Positions 28,431-36,388 of a stretch of 64,000 nucleotides of DNA are shown piece after piece. The stretch is from Candidatus Omnitrophota bacterium. GTDB taxonomy: Bacteria; Omnitrophota; Gorgyraeia; Pluralincolimonadales; Pluralincolimonadaceae. Position 1 is the first letter of the stretch, and every line of letters starts with the position of its first letter. The notes below the pieces were generated by a model. It saw only the letters and a program-made list of their open reading frames with translations. It was not told the origin of the DNA and did no database searches. A program made the translations under genes and the position numbers. Location: NCBI GenBank assembly GCA_028716565.1, contig JAQUPL010000008.1, forward strand, positions 13,067-77,066, given 5' to 3'.

Positions 28431-29733
28431 TACCCATCGAATACATAAGTTTTGCGTAATTACGCTTCAGTTCGTAATCCGCGCCGTAATAATTTGTCTG
28501 CGCCCTCGTCTGCAGCGTTATCGCTTCAAGCACATCCGTAGATGTGGCGGCTCCGGCCGTATATTTCACGCGGTATGCGCGGACGTTCTCACCCGCCTGC
28601 TCGAGCGCTTCCGAGGCGACGGAGACCTTTTCGCAGGCATCCTTAAGGCTCAAATGGCTGTTTTCAACCTCGAATTTTATATCCTCGATAAGTTTGTCTT
28701 TTTGTTCTTTTATCTGCTTTTGCAGAGCGCGCTCCTTGAGCAGGTCGGCCCGGGCTGCGCCGCCGTCATACAGGTTCATCTTGACCCCCAGGTTGACCGA
28801 CATGTTGTCTTCGTGCACTTGGTACCTGTTTTTAGTATGGTTATAACCGCCGTCGGCATAAAGAACCGGAAGGTTTTCTACCGCCTTTGCTTTTTCGCTC
28901 GAGACAGACGCTTTTATCCTGCTTTCATAGAAAACTATCTCCGGCCTCTGTTCCTGCGCCGTGATCCAGGCATCCTCTATCTCGGGGAACTGCGGCAACT
29001 GCATATTTATATCCTGCGCGATGAGCTTCTCTCTCAGCGAGAGGGCCAGGATATTATTCAAGCGCGCGGCGGCGACTTCTTTCCCATTGCGTGCCGCTAT
29101 CAATTTCTGCTTCGCGTCGGCAAGCTTGACCTTAGCGGGAAGCAGGTCATTCTTTACTATAACCCCCTGCTCAAACAGATGTTCCATATCTTTAATATAA
29201 GAGGTGAGGCTTTCGACTTCCTTCTCCGCGACATTTATAAACTTCTCCGCTTCCAGCAGGTTGAAGTAAGCCACAACAAACTCCAGCGTAGCTACCCGCT
29301 TGACGCTTTCGCTGCGGGCCTTTACCGCCTCGACCATCTCCTTTGACGCATGGTAGTTAGAGAGGCTCTTGCCGAAGTCGAATAAAGTCTGATAGACATT
29401 GGCCCCGAAGGAATACGGGTTTTGGTCCGAGGTCGGTACCACCATGCCGCCGAATTTCATCTCGGGCTTGTTATTATTGAAGGTCTGCGCAGCGCCTATA
29501 TTAAGGTGCGGCAGCAGCACGGAGCGGGCGATCATCGAGTCCTGGAAAGCCATGTCATTATCAAAGGAAGATATTTTAACCAGGCGGCTGTCCTTTTGCA
29601 CTATCGAAATTCCTTCCTGGATAGTGAGGAGCCTGCCGTCCTTTCCCGCGGCCTGCTCCGCATAGGTAAGGTGGCCCGCACAGGCCACCATGGCGCAAAC
29701 CGCCGCAACCGCAAATACATTCTTAGTTGCCAT
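28372..29733 (-). CDS. TolC-family outer membrane efflux protein
   Basis: Two repeat halves of the OEP family. Start MATKN at 29733 follows AAGGA. The track ORF starts at 29778. Confidence 0.75.
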   Translation of the reverse strand: MATKNVFAVAAVCAMVACAGHLTYAEQAAGKDGRLLTIQEGISIVQKDSRLVKISSFDNDMAFQDSMIARSVLLPHLNIGAAQTFNNNKPEMKFGGMVVPTSDQNPYSFGANVYQTLFDFGKSLSNYHASKEMVEAVKARSESVKRVATLEFVVAYFNLLEAEKFINVAEKEVESLTSYIKDMEHLFEQGVIVKNDLLPAKVKLADAKQKLIAARNGKEVAAARLNNILALSLREKLIAQDINMQLPQFPEIEDAWITAQEQRPEIVFYESRIKASVSSEKAKAVENLPVLYADGGYNHTKNRYQVHEDNMSVNLGVKMNLYDGGAARADLLKERALQKQIKEQKDKLIEDIKFEVENSHLSLKDACEKVSVASEALEQAGENVRAYRVKYTAGAATSTDVLEAITLQTRAQTNYYGADYELKRNYAKLMYSMGIDLALIYETMENKNEPEKR

Positions 29734-29790
29734 ATTTAATCCTTCCCGTCGCATTTGTATGTTTTCTTGAATGAACACTAATATCTTAAT

Positions 29791-29841
29791 ATGAACGTAT
29801 GTTCATTTATGAATGATATCATTCATTTTGGGTTTTGTCAA
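29791..29841 (-). promoter_or_regulatory. efflux operon promoter (TTGACA-17-TATCAT) overlapped by two palindromic operators: TGAATGATATCATTCA (29810-29825) and ATGAACGTATGTTCAT (29791-29806)
   Basis: -35 at 29841..29836 and -10 at 29818..29813. Palindrome 1 covers the -10. Palindrome 2 lies just downstream of the transcription start. Confidence 0.6.
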
Positions 29842-29868
29842 GATGGATATTTCAGGCGGGATTACGTA

Positions 29869-30486
29869 CTATTTATCTTCGGAGATGCCTCTTAACAGGC
29901 ACTTTAATATGACGCCGGACACGCCAACCAGGCTCTTCTTGTTTTTGCTGTTTTCCTTGAACCATTTCAGGACAAAAGATTTCATGATCGAGGTCAATAT
30001 ATCCAGGACTTGTACGGGCTCAAAATCCCTGCTTATGACCCCCTCCTTCTGGCCCTGCTTGACTATATCTTCCATATATTTTTCGAACTTTTGGCCGGCA
30101 GGGGTGTTCCTGATGCTCTTCTCCGCAAGCATCATATCGTCGGATTCCGAAACGAATATGCGGAAGAAGTCCAGGTTCTCCTCGAAATACGCGAGTGATT
30201 CGCGCACGAATACCCCCAGCTTGCCTTTCGAGTCCTTTGCCGATGCCATCTTCTCTTCGACTACAGACAGCATACCCTTTAACTTTTCCGTAAAAAGCGA
30301 CCGGTACAGTTCATCCTTATCCTTGAAATGCAGGTATACAGTGCCTGTCGCGTACTGGGCTTCCTTGGCGATATCCCTTATCGTCGCCTTGTGGTATCCC
30401 TTCAGCGCGAAGATATGCTCTGCAGCCGCGAAGATATCCGACCTCCGTAACTGCCTGTCCCTTTCTCTCCTGTTCAATACAGCCAT
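29869..30486 (-). CDS. TetR/AcrR-family transcriptional repressor
   Basis: TetR N-terminal HTH (ATIRDIAKEAQYATGTVYLHF). The start is set at MAVLN because the operator and promoter occupy the longer-ORF region. Confidence 0.8.
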   Translation of the reverse strand: MAVLNRRERDRQLRRSDIFAAAEHIFALKGYHKATIRDIAKEAQYATGTVYLHFKDKDELYRSLFTEKLKGMLSVVEEKMASAKDSKGKLGVFVRESLAYFEENLDFFRIFVSESDDMMLAEKSIRNTPAGQKFEKYMEDIVKQGQKEGVISRDFEPVQVLDILTSIMKSFVLKWFKENSKNKKSLVGVSGVILKCLLRGISEDK

Positions 30487-30516
30487 TTCGCCTCGTCTAG
30501 AATTGTATCTAATTAA

Positions 30517-30565
30517 TGAACGTATGTTCATAAATTATATACCATCTATTCTCGCCTATGTCAAG
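30517..30565 (-). promoter_or_regulatory. tetR promoter (TTGACA-17-TATATA) with operator ATGAACGTATGTTCAT immediately downstream of the -10 (autoregulation)
   Basis: -35 at 30565..30560, -10 at 30542..30537, operator at 30517..30532. Confidence 0.6.
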
Positions 30566-30749
30566 CCAATTACTTTAACGGCCCCTGAATAAATAAAAAG
30601 GGATTACCGGGGCTTTCTCCTACGCACGCCGGATGCTCTTCAATCAACAGTTACCTTAAAAGCTGTCAATTCCGAGGACCCGGTCCATTCCCCTTTAAGG
30701 CACGCCCTCCTTTTTTGTTAAAACAAAAAACCGGTGCGATTTTCTAGGC

Positions 30750-31574
30750 CTAGAATCTGTATGTTGCTCCGACGCTCATTGCCGTTTCATCCACAAACCT
30801 GCCCTCTACGTTCAATTTAAAGTTTTTCCCGAAATTCCAATCCGCTCCCGTAAATACGCCGATATTACGGTCGGCGTTAAATATTAAATTATCCCACCGC
30901 CTTGAGTCGTTTGGGTTTTTCTGGTCCATCCTGAGATCGGAGTATCTTGCGCCCAGATACGGCGTAAAATCCGCGATCTTTTTGGCGATATAAGGGGCCG
31001 CGTGCCATTCTTGTATCCTGCAGTCGGCATATTTTGCGGTAGTGACTGCCCCTGAAGCCACATTAACGGCGCGAAAATCTAATTCATGGTCTGACGTAAG
31101 ATATTGTGCGTCGCAACCGATAATCCATCCGTCATTTAATTCATAAGCCAATTTAACGCCTCCGCCATAAAGAAAAGAATCTCCTGCCGACAGATCTTCT
31201 TCGACTCTCTTAGTGTCCCCCACGAAAACATCCCCTTTGAGATCGTAATTCGCAACCCCTAGTTTTACATATATATCCATAGCGTTAAATATGCCGTAAG
31301 AAACCTTGCCCGCAACATTGTACCCTCTATTTATCCTGAAATTTACCGGCCTGTCATTATCGTGTCCGGGAGGGCGTGTCGCTTTTTTAAAATCCAGGTC
31401 TCTGCCAAAAACATAGGACCATTCTGCCGTCGCTGCGATCTTCCCCCGCCCCTGAGTCCTCGGGCTTCCCGCGCTGGCAGCCCCGGCAGGGACCGTTGTC
31501 ATAACTACCATTCCTATCAAGACAAATATTGCATATTTCTTCGTATGGTGTGCCATGATTAATATTCTTACCAC
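30750..31574 (-). CDS. outer membrane beta-barrel protein (porin/OmpA-like), signal peptide, C-terminal Phe
   Basis: Signal peptide, alternating amphipathic beta-strands, ends in YRF. Confidence 0.5.
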   Translation of the reverse strand: MVRILIMAHHTKKYAIFVLIGMVVMTTVPAGAASAGSPRTQGRGKIAATAEWSYVFGRDLDFKKATRPPGHDNDRPVNFRINRGYNVAGKVSYGIFNAMDIYVKLGVANYDLKGDVFVGDTKRVEEDLSAGDSFLYGGGVKLAYELNDGWIIGCDAQYLTSDHELDFRAVNVASGAVTTAKYADCRIQEWHAAPYIAKKIADFTPYLGARYSDLRMDQKNPNDSRRWDNLIFNADRNIGVFTGADWNFGKNFKLNVEGRFVDETAMSVGATYRF

Positions 31575-31775
31575 TAATAAGGTATAAAATCAAGGGTAGG
31601 CAGGTTGATATTACGGGGAAAATCTACAACCGGATCGGCGAGTATGGCGCCGGGGCTATGTCCAGCGCACTGGGCATGGGAATTTTAAGATAAAAAATCA
31701 GATTAAAAGCGGTACAAATTTCAACTGGGACAGTCCAATAACATATTCCGCCTCCTTTCTATTTAACTTTTAACT

Positions 31776-32396
31776 CTACTTTAGATTATTTTCTGCAAAA
31801 CTCCAATTGATCAGCTTGTCGAGGACGGCGTTAACGTAATCCGCGCGGCGGTTCTGATAATCCAGGTAGTAAGCGTGTTCCCATACGTCGATGGTCAATA
31901 GCGGCTTCAAGCCCTTAGTCAAAGGTGAATCCGCGTTGCCGGTCTTGGCCACATTAAGCTTATCGCCATCCAGCACAAGCCACGCCCAGCCGCTGCCAAA
32001 TTGAGTAGTCGCCGCGGCCGCCAGTTCCTTCTTGCATGCATCCACGGTCCCGAAAGAAGCCTCGATCTTTGTTTTCAATGCTGCGGGTACTTCGCCGCCA
32101 TTCGGAGTCAAACTATTCCAGTAAAACGCGTGGTTCCACGCTTGCGATGCATTATTGAAGACCGCGGCTTTTTCCGCTTTGCCGGCTGTCGCGGCGATGA
32201 TTTGGTTTAACGCCATACCGGCAAATCCAGTTCCTGCAACCAGCTTGTTCAGATTGTCGACATACCCTTTATGATGCTTGCCATAGTGGAAACTGACCGT
32301 ATTCGCGGAGATCACGGGAGAAAGCGCGTCTTGCGCATATGGTAAAGGCGGCAAAACATGCGCAGTTGCACTTTCAATCTTGTCATTGCTCTCCAT
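31776..32396 (-). CDS. Fe/Mn superoxide dismutase
   Basis: HHxx[17 protein letters not shown] signature. Start MESNDK at 32396 follows AAAGGAGG. The track ORF is N-terminally extended. Confidence 0.9.
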   Translation of the reverse strand: MESNDKIESATAHVLPPLPYAQDALSPVISANTVSFHYGKHHKGYVDNLNKLVAGTGFAGMALNQIIAATAGKAEKAAVFNNASQAWNHAFYWNSLTPNGGEVPAALKTKIEASFGTVDACKKELAAAATTQFGSGWAWLVLDGDKLNVAKTGNADSPLTKGLKPLLTIDVWEHAYYLDYQNRRADYVNAVLDKLINWSFAENNLK

Positions 32397-32433
32397 TATT
32401 CCTCCTTTGTTAGGGCTACTCTCCTTAGATATA

Positions 32434-32464
32434 AAATGTCCGCCCCTGCTAGAGGCGGACATTT
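32434..32464 (-). terminator. 11-bp-stem hairpin (AAATGTCCGCC / GGCGGACATTT, 9-nt loop) between the SYLF gene stop and the sod RBS
   Basis: Perfect inverted repeat, followed on the minus strand by UAUAUCU and then the SD AAAGGAGG of sod. Confidence 0.45.
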
Positions 32465-32519
32465 GCGCCGATCGCATAAATACCATTTATGATTCTTATC
32501 GTGAGAGCCAATTATATTT

Positions 32520-33080
32520 CTATCTTTGGAGCTTAGTGACCTTCGCGCCGTTCAGGCTAAGGTCATACATCAGCCCTTTCTCGCCGAACACGAACGCGAC
32601 GATCGGCTTGTTGGAAATAGCGCTGCTCATCTGGGTGCCCGCCCCGAGCGCTATGACAGCTACGGATGCGTCAGCGCCGATCTTCCAGCCCTGGCTATCC
32701 CTGAAATTCTTCAAAGCCTCATCGGTCATGAACGCGATTATAATAGTCTTCTTCTGCCCTCCCAGTTGGAATCCTATCGAAGCGGCGGCAGTGCTGTAAT
32801 AACCGGCCGTCTTTCCGTGTATCCTGAGGGCCCCTTCCCCGTATTCTCCGCCTATTCCAATAGCCCCTTTAAAGACTGACGGAAAAATAAGCAGACCCTT
32901 CGCCTTATCTATGACGTCACCGCCTCCTTTTATATCCCGAAGGGTTTTAAGCGATACATCCACTCCTGCATCTATATCCTTTGCGCTTACGGCGTACGAA
33001 TACGTCTCCAGGCAAAACATTACCGCAAAAGCCATGCATAAAACAGCCAACGCTCCCCTTACCATACGCATTTTTTCCAT
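32520..33080 (-). CDS. SYLF (Ysc84/DUF500) lipid-binding domain protein, secreted
   Basis: Signal peptide. GIGGEYGEGAL and FQLGGQ motifs are typical of the SYLF domain. Confidence 0.5.
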   Translation of the reverse strand: MEKMRMVRGALAVLCMAFAVMFCLETYSYAVSAKDIDAGVDVSLKTLRDIKGGGDVIDKAKGLLIFPSVFKGAIGIGGEYGEGALRIHGKTAGYYSTAAASIGFQLGGQKKTIIIAFMTDEALKNFRDSQGWKIGADASVAVIALGAGTQMSSAISNKPIVAFVFGEKGLMYDLSLNGAKVTKLQR

Positions 33081-33241
33081 CTTCGGCTCCTTTCTATTAT
33101 TTTTGGCCGTATTGCTTCAGAACTTCATCTTCGTCTTGACCTATCTCTCCGGATATACGTAATTATAAACGCATAAAAAATATTGGAATTGGCTAATTCA
33201 CCTTTTTATTGACTTTTTTCCACCGAGCACGCCGCGAATCG

Positions 33242-33793
33242 TTACATAGGGGGCAAGGAGCTGAAATCGGCATCATCAAAATAGCAGCACCCCCCTGTCT
33301 TCTTTTTGGCAGCCTGGATCATTACTTTGATCTTTGCTTTAGCGGCGCCTGAGGGCGCAATAACCGCCGGAGTTGATAAAAGCTTCCAAGTGTCGCTGGC
33401 GGCGGTAAGCGGAGGACTCTTTATCGGCTCGCTTATTATGACATTATCAATAGTGCACCATTCTATCTGTATCCACGCTTTAGAATCGCCGGAAATAGGG
33501 TCGCCGGGCTTGCCTAAAACATAGACGCTAGCTTTATACTGCATGCCGGGAATTACATCGACATACTGTTCAAATAATCCATCGCCATAATCCCAAACCC
33601 AAGCCTTTCCGGATTGTTTGCCGCTTCTGTATGTTCCCGTATCATATGTAGAGTCGCCGTACGCACCCCATCCAAGCGGATCAACTTTTTCAAAACCCGG
33701 GTTGACAAGCAAATTACCTTGCTCAGCGAACGAGGACAAACTAACAGAGCTCAAAGCAAGGACAAGAAAATAAATAAGACATGATCTTCTCAT
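33242..33793 (-). CDS. secreted carbohydrate-binding-module-like (CBM4/9-like beta-sandwich) protein, paralog 1, with decayed PEP-CTERM tail
   Basis: Signal peptide plus LLVNPGFE ... YFDDADF. It ends SSLPPM. A frameshifted remnant (GVLGGKKSIKR) of the PEP-CTERM TM/basic tail lies just 3' of the stop. Confidence 0.5.
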   Translation of the reverse strand: MRRSCLIYFLVLALSSVSLSSFAEQGNLLVNPGFEKVDPLGWGAYGDSTYDTGTYRSGKQSGKAWVWDYGDGLFEQYVDVIPGMQYKASVYVLGKPGDPISGDSKAWIQIEWCTIDNVIISEPIKSPPLTAASDTWKLLSTPAVIAPSGAAKAKIKVMIQAAKKKTGGCCYFDDADFSSLPPM

Positions 33794-33825
33794 CCTTCTG
33801 TTCCTCCTTTTATTTAGCTGGTTTT

Positions 33826-33900
33826 ATTATAGGGGTAATGTCTTACTATATCAAGGATTTTCAGGGATCAGGGAGGGATTTACTCGCGGGATTTGAGGCC
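33826..33900 (-). promoter_or_regulatory. repeat-element copy carrying a TTGATA-17-TATAAT promoter for CBM paralog 1
   Basis: -10 at 33831..33826, -35 at 33854..33849. Flanking sequence is homologous to the copies at 36341, 39925 and 61192. Confidence 0.6.
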
Positions 33901-33959
33901 ATTACTAATATAATTTTGGGGCAGGGATCTTGGACCCCTGCCCCATCACTAAACGAAAC

Positions 33960-34550
33960 TTACTTAACTGACTTTTTTCTGCTGAAACCAAACAAACCAG
34001 CCAATCCTGAACCGAGCAAAAGCATACTTGCCGGTTCCGGAACTGCCTGCGCATCAAAGTTAGCATTGTCAAAGTAGACATCATTGCCGCTATGGCTTGT
34101 AGGAGATACCAGAACATAACCCAGCTTTGCCGTCGTGGCACCGTCCGGCGCTACCGTCCACGGAGTTTCAAAGTACGTCCAATCGGTATTCGCGGTTGTA
34201 AGCTTGGCGCTCTCTACGGCCGTTCCCGCGCCATCCCACTGGAACTGTATCCAAGCGCTACCGGTATCTAAACCGGCAGATTTCAGATAGCCGCTTGCCT
34301 TATAGGCAACACCCCCCGTCACATCAACCGTCTGTTCGAACTTCCCATCGGCGTAGTTCCATGACCAAGCATGCGCTGACTGGACGCCGCTCATTTTTAC
34401 CTCTGTAACATAGTTGCTATCACCCCAGTTGCTCCAACCAGTGCCGGTTTCAAACCCAGGGTCGCTGAGCAAGTTAGCGGATACTGTTGACGGCGTTGAG
34501 ATAAGCGCGGCTGCCATGATCACCAAAGTTGCAAAATAGAATTTCTTCAT
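33960..34550 (-). CDS. CBM-like secreted protein paralog 2 with intact PEP-CTERM sorting signal
   Basis: C-terminus VPEPASMLLLGSGLAGLFGFSRKKSVK, that is a PEP motif, a TM helix and a basic tail. Confidence 0.6.
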   Translation of the reverse strand: MKKFYFATLVIMAAALISTPSTVSANLLSDPGFETGTGWSNWGDSNYVTEVKMSGVQSAHAWSWNYADGKFEQTVDVTGGVAYKASGYLKSAGLDTGSAWIQFQWDGAGTAVESAKLTTANTDWTYFETPWTVAPDGATTAKLGYVLVSPTSHSGNDVYFDNANFDAQAVPEPASMLLLGSGLAGLFGFSRKKSVK

Positions 34551-34677
34551 TTAACTATTTCACCTCCTTTCTTTTCTTTTATTCTTGTATGTTTCTGCTC
34601 ACGAGAGCAGAAACATTAAAAAACTATCTCTAATATCCTTCTCTTCGGGAATAAGATCTGTTGCTTACATTAATATA

Positions 34678-35271
34678 TTACGGGACCGTCCGGAAATCGG
34701 CATCGTCAAAATAGCAAGACCCTGGAGTGTTCTTTTGTGCAGCCTGGATCACTACCTTGATCTTTGCTTTAGCGGCGCTTGGGGGCGCAATAGCCGTCGG
34801 AGTCGATAAAATAGCCCAAGTGTCGCTGGCGCCTGCAAGCGGAGAACTCTTTACCGGGTCACCTATTACGGCGTTCTCAGCAGTGAACCATTCTATCTGT
34901 ATCCACGCTTTAGAATCGCCGGAAATAGGGTCGCCGGGTTTGCTTAAAACAGAGACGCTTGCTTTATACTGCGTGCCGGGAATTACATCGACATACTGTT
35001 CAAATAATCCATCGCCATAATCCCAAACCCAAGCTTTTCCGGATTGTATACCGCTCTTATAGGTTTCCGTATCATATGTAGAATCGCCGTACAGATCCCA
35101 TCCAAGAGAATCAGCTTTTTCAAAACCCGGGTTGACAAGCAGGTTACCGCCTTCCGCAGCGAATGAAGACAAGGTGAAGAAAGTCAAGACTAAAACAAGA
35201 ATGCAGCCTACGCACACCCCTTTCATGCTTCCCTTCCTCCTTTTTTGATGCCTATGCTCTCGTGAGCACAA
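34678..35271 (-). CDS. CBM-like secreted protein paralog 3 (no PEP-CTERM tail)
   Basis: About 90% nucleotide identity to paralog 1 over roughly 270 bp. Ends ...DADFRTVP. Confidence 0.5.
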   Translation of the reverse strand: MCSREHRHQKRRKGSMKGVCVGCILVLVLTFFTLSSFAAEGGNLLVNPGFEKADSLGWDLYGDSTYDTETYKSGIQSGKAWVWDYGDGLFEQYVDVIPGTQYKASVSVLSKPGDPISGDSKAWIQIEWFTAENAVIGDPVKSSPLAGASDTWAILSTPTAIAPPSAAKAKIKVVIQAAQKNTPGSCYFDDADFRTVP

Positions 35272-35323
35272 ACATAGGTTACCATATAGGCTTTATAATG
35301 TCAAGCCGATTTTATTGCTTTTT

Positions 35324-36313
35324 TTAGGTTGATTTTCTAATAACAAGTTTTGGCTCAAAAAAACGCGTGTAGTCCTTATTTTTGCCTTGGGGGATGACAT
35401 TTTTGATCAATGTCTCGGCAGCCGCAAAGGCCATATCTTTTACCGGCTGAGAAACCGTAGATAAGGAAGGAGAAAAATTTTCACAGCTCGGTATATTGTC
35501 AAAGCCGATCACAGCTATATCTTTGGGTATATCCCTGCCTGCTTGTTTAATAGCTGACATTGCCGCAAGGGCCATCCTGTCGTTTGCGGCAAAAACAGCG
35601 TCGGGAGGTTCTTTTAATGATAACAGCCTTTCTATGGTCAGTTTCTCATAATTAATATGATTATTATCATCGTTATATTCTATTATTACCTGTTTGTCCG
35701 CCTCTTGTAAAGCTTTTTTGTATCCTTTAAACCTATCTTCGGCATCCACCCAGTTCTTGTGGCCATGAATGAACGCTATCCTCTTGCGGCCGGAATCCAA
35801 TAAATACTTTGTTGCCAGATAGCCTCCCGTAACATTATCGCAGTCGAAAGAAGAAAGATCCTTAAGATGCGAACATAAAAGGACTAAAGGTACTTTTTTA
35901 TCCTGCAATCCAAGCACGTCTTTATAATTGTCTTTTCCGATAGCCGGCAAGATAAAACCTGATACTGATTTATTCAGATATGTATTCAAGCATTCAAAAC
36001 TATTAAATTTATCCTGGGTAAATAACATGACTTGATAGCCTTCTTTCTTGGCGGCTTCACTTACACCTTTGATTATTTCCTGGACATAAGGCTCCATACT
36101 AAAAAGGCCTCCTCCAAAGAAAAGAAGCCCAAGGACGTTTATTTTTCCGGAAAGAAGTCTGGCGGAATGGATATTAGGAGCGTAGGGTTCTTTTTTAAGG
36201 TAATCCAGTACCAAGGCACGGGTTTTTTCCGAAACATATTTGTCTTCCCTTAAGACCCGCGCTACGGTAAACCTTGATACCTTTAATTTTTTTCCTATTT
36301 CCCTAAGGGACAT
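35324..36313 (-). CDS. LacI-family transcriptional regulator
   Basis: N-terminal HTH (KLKVSRFTVARVLR) and a periplasmic-binding-protein-like sugar-binding core. Confidence 0.85.
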   Translation of the reverse strand: MSLREIGKKLKVSRFTVARVLREDKYVSEKTRALVLDYLKKEPYAPNIHSARLLSGKINVLGLLFFGGGLFSMEPYVQEIIKGVSEAAKKEGYQVMLFTQDKFNSFECLNTYLNKSVSGFILPAIGKDNYKDVLGLQDKKVPLVLLCSHLKDLSSFDCDNVTGGYLATKYLLDSGRKRIAFIHGHKNWVDAEDRFKGYKKALQEADKQVIIEYNDDNNHINYEKLTIERLLSLKEPPDAVFAANDRMALAAMSAIKQAGRDIPKDIAVIGFDNIPSCENFSPSLSTVSQPVKDMAFAAAETLIKNVIPQGKNKDYTRFFEPKLVIRKST

Positions 36314-36340
36314 TGAAGCCTTAATCTCTTTCTCTCCTTA

Positions 36341-36385
36341 ATTAGCTGGTTTTATTATAGGTATAATATCTTGCTATATCAAGGA
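36341..36385 (-). promoter_or_regulatory. repeat-element copy carrying a TTGATA-17-TATAAT promoter for the LacI gene
   Basis: -10 at 36359..36354, -35 at 36382..36377. Confidence 0.6.
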
Positions 36386-36388
36386 TTT

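Noticed and set aside
28186-29346. 386-aa plus-strand ORF antisense to the TolC/HlyD genes
   Set aside because: Junk-like composition and no RBS. It overlaps two confident efflux genes.
30487-30531. Longer N-termini for tetR, sod, the helicase, autotransporter 1, the response regulator, TolC, otsB and bglX as given by the ORF track
   Set aside because: In each case an internal ATG with a strong Shine-Dalgarno and/or a mapped promoter or operator inside the extension argues for the shorter start. The track picks the most upstream ATG, GTG or TTG.
30700-30750. Possible terminator (TTCTAGGCCTAGAA palindrome) after the outer membrane protein gene
   Set aside because: The palindrome has no loop and no convincing downstream U-tract on the minus strand. 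It is too weak to call.
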